Assembly (NCBI GenBank): GCA_902766005.1 | Contig: CACXCB010000029.1 | Coordinates: forward strand, 539-64,538 | Length of the DNA: 64,000 bases | Source of the DNA: an uncultured Erysipelotrichaceae bacterium | GTDB lineage: Bacteria; Bacillota_I; Bacilli_A; Erysipelotrichales; Erysipelotrichaceae | Direction of reading: 5' to 3' | In this document: positions 1-9,973 of the stretch, piece by piece | How the letters are laid out: each line of letters begins with the position of its first letter | How positions within the stretch are numbered: the stretch's first letter is position 1 | Notes under the pieces: generated by a model | What the model was told of the DNA's origin: nothing | What the model saw: the letters and a program-made list of their open reading frames with translations, nothing else | The model's database searches: none | Position numbers and translations under genes: made by a program

Positions 1-77
1 TTATACAGTAATATATTGAAAAAAACGAAGTATTTTATACAAAATTGTGATACCATATTTCTAGGAAGGAATCTGTT

Positions 78-464
78 ATGCTGAATTTCAATATCACCCC
101 TTACAATTACTGGGTATTATATGCAGCCATTGCTGCTGTTGTTGTGAGCCTGCTCATTCTGGCAAAAAAAGCACTGGCCATTCCAAAAGCCATCAAGGAA
201 TTTGATCCCTACACATCAAGGATGCAGAGAAACCTGCAGGTCATGCAGATTAAAACAACTGCAATGAATGAGAAAAAACAAGAAGATGCCAAAAAGAACA
301 AGCTTCTGAAAATGGCTCTTCCGGTTCTGCTTGCCATCTATGAAATCTACAAGAAAGATGATTCCATGAAAGGTGTCAAAGGTTTCAAGGATGCGGCACT
401 GGCATATGTCAACCAGGGAAAAGCCGACAAGGCACTTGCAAAACGCTTAAAGAAAATCATGTAA
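78..464 (+). CDS. hypothetical membrane-anchored protein (N-terminal TM, basic helical tail)
   Basis: 128-aa ORF with AGGAAGGA SD, hydrophobic N-terminus and a downstream terminator; no family recognised. Confidence 0.75.
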   Translation: MLNFNITPYNYWVLYAAIAAVVVSLLILAKKALAIPKAIKEFDPYTSRMQRNLQVMQIKTTAMNEKKQEDAKKNKLLKMALPVLLAIYEIYKKDDSMKGVKGFKDAALAYVNQGKADKALAKRLKKIM

Positions 465-488
465 AAACGGTATGCAAATACCGTTTTT
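464..488. terminator. bidirectional intrinsic terminator
   Basis: AAAACGGTAT-gcaa-ATACCGTTTT hairpin between convergent genes. Confidence 0.8.
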
Positions 489-2272
489 TATTCTTCTTCC
501 ATTGTGTTTTGGGCATGGAGCGCTTCATATACATTGCGTGCAGCTTCTTTGGGAACGACTTTTGCGATATCCTCTTCGCTTGCGTTTTTTAAATTGGTGA
601 AATTGCCGAAGCTTTTCAACAAAAGCTTTTTTCTTTTCGGACCGATTCCCTCAATTTCATCGAGAATGGATTTGGTCTGTGCCTTGGAGCGCAGCTTTCT
701 GTGATAGGTAATCGCGACTCTGTGCACTTCGTCCTGCATTCTTGTCAAAAGAAAGAACAAGCCTGAATTCTTATCGATATCAAAAGTCTCGCCATCGGTA
801 TCCATTAAGGCATTGGTGTTATGGTGATCATCTTTTACCAAGCCCATAATTTTGATTGTTTCGCCCAGCCCGAGAGAATCCAGGATCTCTTTGGCCGCTT
901 CAATCTGAATCCATCCGCCATCGACAAGAATGCCGTCCGGCATTCTCCCCTCTTCCTTTAACAAGCGGAAATATCTGCGGTATACGACTTCCTTCATGGA
1001 ATCGACATCGGAATTGCCCGTATGCAGTTTATAGAGGCGGTAGCTCTTTTTATCCGGAACCCCGTCTTCATAGACCACACAGCTGGCAACCGTAAAAGCA
1101 CCGGAAATATGGGAGTTATCGAACAGCTCGACACGGTTCATTGCCCTGCCTGCCAGTTTTGATAATTCCTCTACGGCATTGCTGGTCATGGTTTCCTGTC
1201 TTTCCACCGTATTGAATTTCAGTGCGAGCTGTTTTTTAGCGTTCTCGAGGCACATCTCAATCAGTTTCCTGCGATAGCCTTTCTGGGGTTGGCTGATCCG
1301 CATGTCAAGCACCCCTTCCAGCGAACTGCAGTCAAAATCCTTTGGCAGCAGTAATTCCCTTGGAGAAGGATGCTCCTGGTAAAACTGTACAAGGAAAGAG
1401 GAAAATTCATCTTCGATATCCCCATACAGCGGACGAAGACGAAACTCCTTGTTCAGCACGACCCCGTCCCTGACAAGAAAGCCCGTAATAGCAAGATACC
1501 CTTTTTCAAAGTACCATGCAAAAGCATCAATCGCGCCTCTTTGGTCTTTTTCAATATTCTGTTTGTCTTTGGCAACGCTGGCAAGGCTTTGCAGCATTTC
1601 CTTGTATTCCTGTGCCTTTTCAAATTCCAGATTCTCGCTTGCAGACATCATCTTTTCACGGAGCTCGTTTTCCATTTCCTTTGTATCTCCGTTCAAAAAT
1701 CTCGAAATCTGTTCGCTCATCTGTTCATATTTTTCGGCAGGAATATCATATTCACAAGGTCCGAGACATTGTCCCATATGATAATACAGGCATACCTTGT
1801 CCTTCATTTTGTCACATCTGCGTAACGGATATAATCCCTGTAACAGCTTCTGCGTATTCCGTGCTGCGGTCGCATCGGGAAACGGGCCGAAATACTTTGC
1901 CTTTTTATCCTTGCGGGTATCCCTGGCAACCAGCAGGCGCGGGTATTTTTCCTTTGTCAGCTTGATATAAGGATACGAGCTGTCATCGATAAACTGAATG
2001 TTGTATTTGGGGCGGTATTTCTTGATCAGGTTGATTTCCAGAACAAGCGCTTCCTTTTCGGTTTTGGTGACGATGAAATCAAAATCCTCGATGTTGCTGA
2101 CAAGTTTGGTTGTCTTGAAATCATGACTGCCGGTAAAATACTGATTGACACGATTGTGCAGGTCCTTTGCCTTGCCTACATATATAATTTCATTGTTCTT
2201 GTCTTTCATCTGGTAGCTTCCCGGTTCATGGGGAAGATTGACCAGCTTCGCTTTAATATATTCCCGATCCAT
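488..2272 (-). CDS. uvrC: excinuclease ABC subunit C
   Basis: GIY-YIG N-terminus (PGSYQMKD...IIYVGKAKDL), FDNSHISG, LVDGG and C-terminal HhH (IEGIGPKR). Confidence 0.97.
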   Translation of the reverse strand: MDREYIKAKLVNLPHEPGSYQMKDKNNEIIYVGKAKDLHNRVNQYFTGSHDFKTTKLVSNIEDFDFIVTKTEKEALVLEINLIKKYRPKYNIQFIDDSSYPYIKLTKEKYPRLLVARDTRKDKKAKYFGPFPDATAARNTQKLLQGLYPLRRCDKMKDKVCLYYHMGQCLGPCEYDIPAEKYEQMSEQISRFLNGDTKEMENELREKMMSASENLEFEKAQEYKEMLQSLASVAKDKQNIEKDQRGAIDAFAWYFEKGYLAITGFLVRDGVVLNKEFRLRPLYGDIEDEFSSFLVQFYQEHPSPRELLLPKDFDCSSLEGVLDMRISQPQKGYRRKLIEMCLENAKKQLALKFNTVERQETMTSNAVEELSKLAGRAMNRVELFDNSHISGAFTVASCVVYEDGVPDKKSYRLYKLHTGNSDVDSMKEVVYRRYFRLLKEEGRMPDGILVDGGWIQIEAAKEILDSLGLGETIKIMGLVKDDHHNTNALMDTDGETFDIDKNSGLFFLLTRMQDEVHRVAITYHRKLRSKAQTKSILDEIEGIGPKRKKLLLKSFGNFTNLKNASEEDIAKVVPKEAARNVYEALHAQNTMEEE

Positions 2273-2278
2273 ACAGCC

Positions 2279-4606
2279 TCATTTCATAATGACAATAGTT
2301 GCGCCGCTGCCGCCTTCATTGGGCATGCCGAGCCGGAATTCCTTGACGGATTTATCCTTCTTCAATGCCGCATGCACGGCAGAACGCAAAGCACCGCTGC
2401 CATCACCGTGGATGATCCGGAAGGTATTCAAGCCATGGATTTTCGCTTCATCCACGTATGCCCCCATTTCTTCCATTGCTTCATCCACACGCATGCCGAT
2501 CAGGTTGCATTCCAGAGGCATGGTGGAGAAAATGCTCTGCCTTGCCATTCTGACGGTTGTCTGTGGTTTCTGTTTGACAATGACCTTGTTGGAAGGACGG
2601 ATCTGGCTGATCTTGACACGCATCTCTCTTCCATTCATGTCTACTCTGACATCCTTCTTGCTGATGGAAAGAATTTCGCATACCTGCCCGGAACTGCGCA
2701 GTTCAACCGCATCCCCGACCTTAAATTCATGCTCTCCGTTTTCATCACCGGAGACTGTATCCGGTTGGCTGGAAAGCTTATTGAGCTTCTTTCTTGAGCC
2801 AAGGACTTCATGATACTGGCTGTTCATCTGTTTCTCCCTGATTTCCTTCAGTATCTCATCCGCTTCCTTCTTGACTTCTTCCACATAGGCATCTGTTTTC
2901 TGCTGCAGCTGATTATGCCAGTCATCCTTTTCTTTTTCAAACCGGATTTTTTCCTTTTCCAGTTGTTCGGTTTTCTCCTGAGCTTCTTTTAACTGCCTTT
3001 TCAGTTCTTCTTCCTTTTCACCGGTTTCCTGCAGCTGTTTCTCGAGCCTTTCAATCAGCTCATCTTCCGTCGTCTTTGCCTGTTCCTTTAAAAATCTGGC
3101 ATATTTGATAATGGAGGCAGGCAAACCGTACCGTTGCGCTACCGCAAAGGCATTGCTCGAGCCGGAAAACCCTTCCATGTATTTATATGTAGGTTCGAGT
3201 TTTTCCATGTCAAACTGCACACTCGAAACAAGAATATCAGAATGCCTTTTTCCATAGGCTTTCAAGCGGCTGTAATGGGTTGTCGCAATGGTCATGCATC
3301 CCCTTTTGCGCAGTTCATTCAAAATGGCAATCGCAAGACTTTCGCCTTCTCTCGGATCCGTTCCGCTTCCCACTTCATCCAACAGAACAAGGCTGTCACT
3401 TGTCGCATTGCGGCAGACTTCTGCCTGTTTCTGAATATGGGAAGAAAAGCTGGATAAGGATTCAACCACGCTCTGATCATCGCCAATATCCGCAAAAACC
3501 TGATCAAAATACGGAAGAACCGCCTCTTCGCATGTCACCGGCATGCCGCAATAGGACATTAACACAAATAACCCGACAATCTTCATGGAGACGGTTTTTC
3601 CTCCAGTGTTAGGCCCGGTAATCAGCAGGGTTTTCTGCGGTGCTTTTAAATGATAGTTATTCGCAACAACCTTTTTTGGATCGATCAAAGGGTGTCTTGC
3701 CTTGATTAACGATATTTCTTTTTCCTCACTCAGTGAAGCCGCATAGCCATCATGCGCTTTGCCCCATTCCGCTTTGGCAAAAATACAATCGAGAATGGCA
3801 CAGGTTTCAATATTTGCAACTTCCTCAAGAGCAATTTCCGCCACTTCTCCTGAGCAGATGGTCAGAATTCTCTGTACTTCTTCTTCCTCTTTGTGCAACA
3901 GTTCCTGTTTTTTGTTGTTGGCACCCATAATCGAGGCGGGCTCAATATAGGATGCCTGTCCGGAGGCACTGTCTCCGTAAACCAAACCGCCGAAACTGTT
4001 TTTATCCGATGCTTTGACAAGGATCAAAGCTCTGCCGGAACGGTATGTCACAATGGAATCCACAACCGAATCCGGATGGGTGGCAATAAAACGGTTTACC
4101 GCACTCAGGATTTCATGATCGGCATGACGCAAAGCACTGCGGATGCCTTTGAGTTCAGGACTTGCACTGTCCATGACTTCACCGTAATCATTTAAGCATC
4201 TTGACAGGGAATGCTCTGTACGTTCATGGATTGTCAGTGTACCGATCAAATCTTTTAATGCCGGATGCTCAATATCTATAAGACTTCTTTCGTAAGAGAC
4301 AATGCCCTTTACACCCTGTATCAGATGGATGACATCCACAAGCTGTTGCCCGTTCAGAACAACACCCTTTTCTGCACTGATTAATGCCGTACGGATATCC
4401 TTGATGCCGTAAAACGGAATCGGTCCATAATGTACGGTACATTCCAATGCTTCCCTTAACTGTTGCAGCCTTCTTTGTATTTCCAGAATATTATAGGAAG
4501 GATGCAATTCTTCTATTTCCTTAATACCCGCTGAAAAAGAACAGAATGATTTCATCTGTTCTTTGATTACATCGAGTTCCAGACTTTTTTCCAAGTTCAT
4601 CTTCAC
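2279..4606 (-). CDS. mutS2: endonuclease MutS2
   Basis: ITGPNTGGKT Walker A, LSSFSSH, LLDEVGSGTDP and C-terminal Smr domain (IIHGDGSGAL...GGSGAT). Confidence 0.96.
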   Translation of the reverse strand: MKMNLEKSLELDVIKEQMKSFCSFSAGIKEIEELHPSYNILEIQRRLQQLREALECTVHYGPIPFYGIKDIRTALISAEKGVVLNGQQLVDVIHLIQGVKGIVSYERSLIDIEHPALKDLIGTLTIHERTEHSLSRCLNDYGEVMDSASPELKGIRSALRHADHEILSAVNRFIATHPDSVVDSIVTYRSGRALILVKASDKNSFGGLVYGDSASGQASYIEPASIMGANNKKQELLHKEEEEVQRILTICSGEVAEIALEEVANIETCAILDCIFAKAEWGKAHDGYAASLSEEKEISLIKARHPLIDPKKVVANNYHLKAPQKTLLITGPNTGGKTVSMKIVGLFVLMSYCGMPVTCEEAVLPYFDQVFADIGDDQSVVESLSSFSSHIQKQAEVCRNATSDSLVLLDEVGSGTDPREGESLAIAILNELRKRGCMTIATTHYSRLKAYGKRHSDILVSSVQFDMEKLEPTYKYMEGFSGSSNAFAVAQRYGLPASIIKYARFLKEQAKTTEDELIERLEKQLQETGEKEEELKRQLKEAQEKTEQLEKEKIRFEKEKDDWHNQLQQKTDAYVEEVKKEADEILKEIREKQMNSQYHEVLGSRKKLNKLSSQPDTVSGDENGEHEFKVGDAVELRSSGQVCEILSISKKDVRVDMNGREMRVKISQIRPSNKVIVKQKPQTTVRMARQSIFSTMPLECNLIGMRVDEAMEEMGAYVDEAKIHGLNTFRIIHGDGSGALRSAVHAALKKDKSVKEFRLGMPNEGGSGATIVIMK

Positions 4607-5271
4607 AACCCCAGATCTTTATACGAGGACAATTCTTCAAACCCTCTTTCTTTCAGCCATTCTTCAACCGCCTGTTTCTGCTCTTCGCTCAGCTTGGAGG
4701 CATCTTCATAAATCTGGTTGAATGCCTCGGCATCAATGACCGGAAGACTGAAACGGTCAAATGCCATCGTCACCAGACCGTTGACTTCCTTTGCCAGTGT
4801 TTTTTCCACCAGCATGTTTCCATTGGAAAAGACAGGCGTATTACAAAGCAGGCTTAGTGCAAGGATCAGTACCGTTCCTTCCAATAATCCCAATGCCCCG
4901 CCGAGCAATGCGCTTGCCTGATGAATCACAGGCAGATTCTGCAGATCCTTGACCATCCTGTCAATCAGAAGCGATACGATGCGAAATGCGATCAGAAGCA
5001 CCAAAAACCAGGACACCTCATTTAAAAAACGCATGGCAGGTGCTTCAAACATGGATCCCTGCAGATAATTCCAATCCTTCGGCCATATCTGTATATACCT
5101 GGCTAACACGCCCGAAAGAATCCATGAGGAAAAATAGGATAAAACCAGTAAAACCAGAGAGACAACCGTTCTCAGGAAACCTCTTTTATAGCCAATCCAG
5201 AAATGAATCACAAAGATCAGCAGTATGACAATGTCTGCAGGCAAAAGCCACTGTTCATTCACTTCAAACAT
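4603..5271 (-). CDS. cvpA: CvpA (colicin V production) family membrane protein
   Basis: GYKRGF and LLGGALGLLEG motifs, 4 TM segments, conserved position between rnhC and mutS2; start moved to the ATG after a GAGG SD. Confidence 0.85.
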   Translation of the reverse strand: MFEVNEQWLLPADIVILLIFVIHFWIGYKRGFLRTVVSLVLLVLSYFSSWILSGVLARYIQIWPKDWNYLQGSMFEAPAMRFLNEVSWFLVLLIAFRIVSLLIDRMVKDLQNLPVIHQASALLGGALGLLEGTVLILALSLLCNTPVFSNGNMLVEKTLAKEVNGLVTMAFDRFSLPVIDAEAFNQIYEDASKLSEEQKQAVEEWLKERGFEELSSYKDLGL

Positions 5272-5342
5272 ATACTTCCTCTTTTCCAAACCATTGTAAA
5301 CAAATTATTTCATCTTGACAATCATAGTGTTAAAATACCCTC

Positions 5343-6197
5343 ATGGCAAATACAAAGACAGTAAAACTCACAACTGCCGCAGAAGAGCAGTTATACAGAC
5401 AATATCACGACTATGCATCAAAAACACCGCAATATGCAAAATGGCAGCTGAAACTTCCCGGTTGCGTCATCACCTGTTACCAATCCGGCAAAACCGTCTT
5501 TCAAGGCAATAACATCGATCAGTATGTACCTGCTTCCGAAGAAAAAGCAACGGATATCCTTCCCCAGGCCGGAAGCGATGAAGTCGGTACAGGAGATTAT
5601 TTCGGCCCCGTGATCGTTTGTGCCTCCATCGTCAGGAAGGAAGATCTTTCTTCCCTGAAAGATCTCGGCATTAAAGATTCCAAAGCCATTTCTGATGTAA
5701 AGATCATGCAGATCGGCAAAATGCTTATGGATCGTCTTGATCACAGCCTGTTGATCCTCGATAATCCAAGATACAACCGCATACATGACCTCAACAACAT
5801 GAATGCGATCAAGGCAAAGCTCCACAACAAGGCTTACTGCAACCTCGCAAAAAAGGCACAATTGCCTTCTTTCAAAATCATTGACCAGTTCTGTGCAGAG
5901 TCTTCCTACTACCGCTATCTGCAGAATGAGGAAGAAGTGGTTCGCAATATTCACTTTGAAACCAAAGCCGAAAACAAATACATCAGTGTCGGTGCTTCTT
6001 CCATCATGGCAAGATATGCCTTCCTCACATGCATGGCAAATCTTGAAGAAAAGTACGGCATGCCCCTGATCAAAGGCGCATCCTCTGAAACAGATGCCTG
6101 CGCAGTGGAATTTGTCCGCAAATACGGATGGGAAGAATTACAGAAAGTCGCTAAAATGCATTTCGCCAATACAAAGAAAATCAGAGAGCTTGTTTAG
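5343..6197 (+). CDS. rnhC: ribonuclease HIII
   Basis: YQSGKTVFQG TBP-like domain, GSDEVGTGDYFGP, IIDQF, AKMHFANT. Confidence 0.95.
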   Translation: MANTKTVKLTTAAEEQLYRQYHDYASKTPQYAKWQLKLPGCVITCYQSGKTVFQGNNIDQYVPASEEKATDILPQAGSDEVGTGDYFGPVIVCASIVRKEDLSSLKDLGIKDSKAISDVKIMQIGKMLMDRLDHSLLILDNPRYNRIHDLNNMNAIKAKLHNKAYCNLAKKAQLPSFKIIDQFCAESSYYRYLQNEEEVVRNIHFETKAENKYISVGASSIMARYAFLTCMANLEEKYGMPLIKGASSETDACAVEFVRKYGWEELQKVAKMHFANTKKIRELV

Positions 6198-6697
6198 AGC
6201 TCTTTGTTTTTTGTCTTTTCGACATTCAGCTGAATGGTGTTTTCGATCTTATCCAGAATGACACCTGCCGCTTTCAACATCCTCTTGGAGGCAATGTTTG
6301 TATCCACGCCATTGTATTTATCGGATTCGTATACGATTCTCTTGATACCGGACTGGATGATTGCCTTGGCGCATTCATTGCACGGAAAAAGTGAAACATA
6401 CAATGTGCATCCGGCAACCGGCCATTTGGAATTCAGGATGGCATTGAGTTCAGCATGTACGACAAATGCATATTTGGTATCGAGGACACCGCCTTCCCTT
6501 GCCCATGGAAAATCATCATCTGAACATCCTTTCGGAAAGCCGTTATAGCCGACGGATACAACACGATGGTTCTCATCGACAATCGCAGCCCCGACCTGTG
6601 TATTGGGATCCTTGGAACGCAAGGCGGAAAGATGGGCAAGACCCATGAAATACTCATCCCAGCTTAATACGTTTTCTCTTTTCTCCATATCATTCAT
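6194..6697 (-). CDS. dCMP deaminase (ComEB family)
   Basis: SWDEYFM, RSKDPNTQVGA, HAELNA and PCNEC zinc motifs. Confidence 0.93.
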   Translation of the reverse strand: MNDMEKRENVLSWDEYFMGLAHLSALRSKDPNTQVGAAIVDENHRVVSVGYNGFPKGCSDDDFPWAREGGVLDTKYAFVVHAELNAILNSKWPVAGCTLYVSLFPCNECAKAIIQSGIKRIVYESDKYNGVDTNIASKRMLKAAGVILDKIENTIQLNVEKTKNKEL

Positions 6698-7487
6698 CCT
6701 CCAGTTGCAATAGATATGTCACTTTTCCGTTTTCGTGGTAAATTGTATCAAGACGCTCAGCGATGTGATATGCATAGCTTTCAAGTCCTATATTTTTTAC
6801 TTTGTTTAGAATTCTTGCATCGGAAGCAAAGTACTCCTGATCAGCAGGAATTCCCGTATTGCGGTATGCTGTAATTCCCGTAAAAAACAAGAACAGCGCA
6901 ATCGCCAGTGCACAATGCCTGCGCCTTTGTTTTGCGCCAAACAATAACATCGTAACCAATAATCCGCTGACATACCCACCGATATGGGCACTGACGGAAA
7001 CATTTGGCATGAAGTTGATCATGATATTGATCGCATACGCCCTGATCAGCGAAGTCCGGATCATCGGATGATTCCACCCTCCTGCCTGAATAATAAAGAA
7101 CGTATACGCTGCCATAAGGCCATAAAGACCCCCGGATAATCCTACCGCAACAGTATTGCCTTCTGCCGCAAACAGGAACAAGGAACCCCCGATAACCGAA
7201 ATCAACAATATCAGCAGATAACTTTTCTTTCCCATTCTATTTTCAAGTGCCTGCCCAAGAGAAAGACACGAGAAACAGTTTACAAATAAATGGATATAGG
7301 ATACATGAACAAAACCGACACTCAGAAAACGCCACCATTCCCCTGCCAAGATAAACGGCTTATAATATGCGCCAAAAAGAATTGCCGCTTCCGTTTTGTT
7401 TTCCAAAGAGGAGAAGGTAATCAGCAGATTGATGATCAGGCAGATGCCGATAATGACCCACGTGACTACCGGTCTTTTTTTATTCAT
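6690..7487 (-). CDS. rhomboid family intramembrane serine protease
   Basis: GEWWRF, HLFVN, catalytic Ser in VGLSGG and catalytic His in AHIGG. Confidence 0.92.
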   Translation of the reverse strand: MNKKRPVVTWVIIGICLIINLLITFSSLENKTEAAILFGAYYKPFILAGEWWRFLSVGFVHVSYIHLFVNCFSCLSLGQALENRMGKKSYLLILLISVIGGSLFLFAAEGNTVAVGLSGGLYGLMAAYTFFIIQAGGWNHPMIRTSLIRAYAINIMINFMPNVSVSAHIGGYVSGLLVTMLLFGAKQRRRHCALAIALFLFFTGITAYRNTGIPADQEYFASDARILNKVKNIGLESYAYHIAERLDTIYHENGKVTYLLQLEDE

Positions 7488-8395
7488 TCTGCATCCTTTC
7501 GGAACTTTTCCAGCAATTCCTCAAAATACGCAGGCAGAGGTGCATGGAAATGCATTTCTTCCTTCGTTGTCGGATGAATTAAAGTCAAATCACTGGCATG
7601 CAGTACCTGTCCCTGCGTATCGCCATAAGTGCAGTTTCCGCCGTATTTCACATCACCCAGCACAGGATGATTGATATATTTCATATGCACACGGATCTGG
7701 TGTGTTCTTCCTGTTTCCAGTTTGCACTTGACAAGGGTAGCACCGCGGAATCTTTCCAGAACGTGAAAATGTGTTCTTGCTTCCTTGGCATTTGTATCCG
7801 TAACGGCCATCTTCTGTCTGTCCTTGCGGTCCCTGCCGATCGGTGCATCGATCAAGCCGTCATCATGTGTAATCGTGCCTCCTACAAGCGCAAGATATTC
7901 CCTATGGCATGTCTTGTCCGACAATTGCTTTGCAATCTCATTATGTGCCTTGTCATTTTTGCAGGCAACGATGCATCCTGTCGTATCTTTATCAATACGG
8001 TGAACGATGCCCGGACGGATCTTGCCGTTGATGCCTGACAGATCATCACAATGATACAGCAAGGCATTCACCAATGTGCCTGTATAGTTTCCGACAGAAG
8101 GATGTACCACCATCCCTTTCGGCTTATTAATGACAATGATGTCGTGGTCCTCATACAGAATATCGAGAGGAATATTTTCCGCTTTGACTTCTATTTCCTC
8201 ATTCTCCGGCACATCACAGGAAATTTCATTTCCCTGATACACTTTCAAAGAGCTCTTGGCGGCTTTGCCGTTGACAAAAATCTGTCCTTCGGAAGCAAGC
8301 TGCTGAACCCTTGTTCTCGATAAATCGGAAATCTCTGAAAGATATTTGTCCAGACGGACACCGTCTTCTTCAACGATCCACTTCTGCATTGTCAT
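7484..8395 (-). CDS. rluD: RluA/RluD family 23S rRNA pseudouridine synthase
   Basis: S4 domain, VINKPKGMVVHP, HRIDKDTTG, GRTHQIRVH. Confidence 0.93.
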   Translation of the reverse strand: MTMQKWIVEEDGVRLDKYLSEISDLSRTRVQQLASEGQIFVNGKAAKSSLKVYQGNEISCDVPENEEIEVKAENIPLDILYEDHDIIVINKPKGMVVHPSVGNYTGTLVNALLYHCDDLSGINGKIRPGIVHRIDKDTTGCIVACKNDKAHNEIAKQLSDKTCHREYLALVGGTITHDDGLIDAPIGRDRKDRQKMAVTDTNAKEARTHFHVLERFRGATLVKCKLETGRTHQIRVHMKYINHPVLGDVKYGGNCTYGDTQGQVLHASDLTLIHPTTKEEMHFHAPLPAYFEELLEKFRKDAE

Positions 8396-8828
8396 TTTTT
8401 TCCCTCAACGAACATATAAACAAAATAAATACACCGATACATAATGCCGAATCGGCAATATTGAAGACCGGAAAGTTATAACCGAAGATATAGAAATCCA
8501 GAAAATCCCGTACATATCCTAATGCCAGTCTGTCAAACAGGTTTCCTGCTGCACCGCCGATCATCATCGCAAGTGCAATTGCAACCGGTTTGGCCGGTTT
8601 CTTTTCATACAGGTAATACGTCATTACCCCGATCGCTACAGCAGCCACCATGGACAAAAACAATTGCTGTCCCGAAAGCAGCGACCATGCCATGCCGGTA
8701 TTCTTCACATAGGTGATATGAAAAAAATCAGGGATGATAACCACATCACGCAATGCTGTATTGTACTGAACGTAATACTTTGTAGCCAGATCCAGCACAA
8801 ATACGACAATCATTACAGCGACAATCAT
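8370..8828 (-). CDS. lspA: lipoprotein signal peptidase II
   Basis: NTGMAWS, GNLFDR, VRDFL, PVFNIADS. Confidence 0.95.
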   Translation of the reverse strand: MIVAVMIVVFVLDLATKYYVQYNTALRDVVIIPDFFHITYVKNTGMAWSLLSGQQLFLSMVAAVAIGVMTYYLYEKKPAKPVAIALAMMIGGAAGNLFDRLALGYVRDFLDFYIFGYNFPVFNIADSALCIGVFILFICSLREKNDNAEVDR

Positions 8829-9331
8829 GCTCCCTCCCTGTTTGTGATCAGGAAAAGTGCTTCCTCTTCCATTTCAAACGGTTCTGTCGTATCCATCAGT
8901 TTCTGATATGCCTGATCAAAACGGGTATCATCCAAATCCTGTTTTTTCAGCTGTTCTTTAAGCATTGCAGAATCCCTGTCCTTCATGGAACCGACACGCA
9001 TCACCACAACCTTATTATCCCCATCCAGCAAAACAATGCGGTAAGCATAGGCAAGATCATCCTGCAGGGATTTTTTCAGGGCATCATCGGCATCGGACAT
9101 GCAGACCGGAATATCGCTGCATTCCAGGCAATCCTCAATTTCCAGAAGAAACAGATCAATATCATTCTTATGGACAAACCGCAAGAATGCCTGATTCCTT
9201 TTTGCCAGGGATAATTCCTCTTTTGTCCAGTTTGCATCTTTCACAAAAAAATACCAGATGTGATTCTCATAATCGAGCCAGATACCTTCTTCTGCCTCAA
9301 TATCCAGTATTTCACCAACTTTCACTTTCAT
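8825..9331 (-). CDS. hypothetical acidic cytoplasmic protein
   Basis: 168-aa ORF with GAGG SD; ATGA overlap with lspA. Confidence 0.75.
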   Translation of the reverse strand: MKVKVGEILDIEAEEGIWLDYENHIWYFFVKDANWTKEELSLAKRNQAFLRFVHKNDIDLFLLEIEDCLECSDIPVCMSDADDALKKSLQDDLAYAYRIVLLDGDNKVVVMRVGSMKDRDSAMLKEQLKKQDLDDTRFDQAYQKLMDTTEPFEMEEEALFLITNREGA

Positions 9332-9340
9332 TTCAACCTC

Positions 9341-9865
9341 TTATCTGTAGTACAGAAGCACCTCTAACATATATTGGGAAAACAGATCGACAAATTCATT
9401 CAGAACCTTATCATCCTGATTGGAATGAATAAATAAATATTCATCTGTCGCATAGTGCACGAAGATCAGTACTTCCGGTTCCTCTTTGTCGGGATCATAA
9501 TTCTCGAGCCCGTTCATGGAAACAAGATCGTATTGCGTTATCAGTTTGGATACATACTGGATAACATCTTCACGGACATGCACATCGATTTCCTTTTCCG
9601 GCTCCATCGGGTCGGGTCCCTTAATCGTATAATAAATGCCATCATCATTGATGTTCATGACATAATACACTGTTCCGTCTTCGCTGCTGATCTCAAATCC
9701 GGATATTTTATTGGAAGAAAGCGTTAAAGGCAATTTCCCCGTCAGGTCATATCTTGCCTTGATTTCTTCTGCCCCAAGATTGGAGAAGATCAATTCCTCG
9801 TCATTCTTTTTACATCCTGTAAGCATCAGGACCATACATATCCATATTAAAACCAATCGTTTCAT
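9341..9865 (-). CDS. hypothetical lipoprotein
   Basis: MKRLVLIWICMVLMLTGC lipobox; AGGAG SD before ATG at 9865. Confidence 0.8.
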   Translation of the reverse strand: MKRLVLIWICMVLMLTGCKKNDEELIFSNLGAEEIKARYDLTGKLPLTLSSNKISGFEISSEDGTVYYVMNINDDGIYYTIKGPDPMEPEKEIDVHVREDVIQYVSKLITQYDLVSMNGLENYDPDKEEPEVLIFVHYATDEYLFIHSNQDDKVLNEFVDLFSQYMLEVLLYYR

Positions 9866-9920
9866 TGCCACTCCTGTAACTTCCTAATATTTTACGTGAC
9901 ATCTTCATGAATTGAAAGAG

Positions 9921-9949
9921 AAAAAGACTCTTATTTCAAAGAGTCTTTT
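9921..9949 (-). terminator. intrinsic terminator
   Basis: AAAAGACTCTT...AAGAGTCTTTT hairpin. Confidence 0.75.
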
Positions 9950-9973
9950 AAAAAATCATTAATTTAGCGCCGT

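Noticed and set aside
9879-9906. ACTTCCTA resembling the left arm of the B. subtilis dif site
   Set aside because: no TTATGTAAACT-like right arm; the segment is better explained as the lipoprotein promoter and SD
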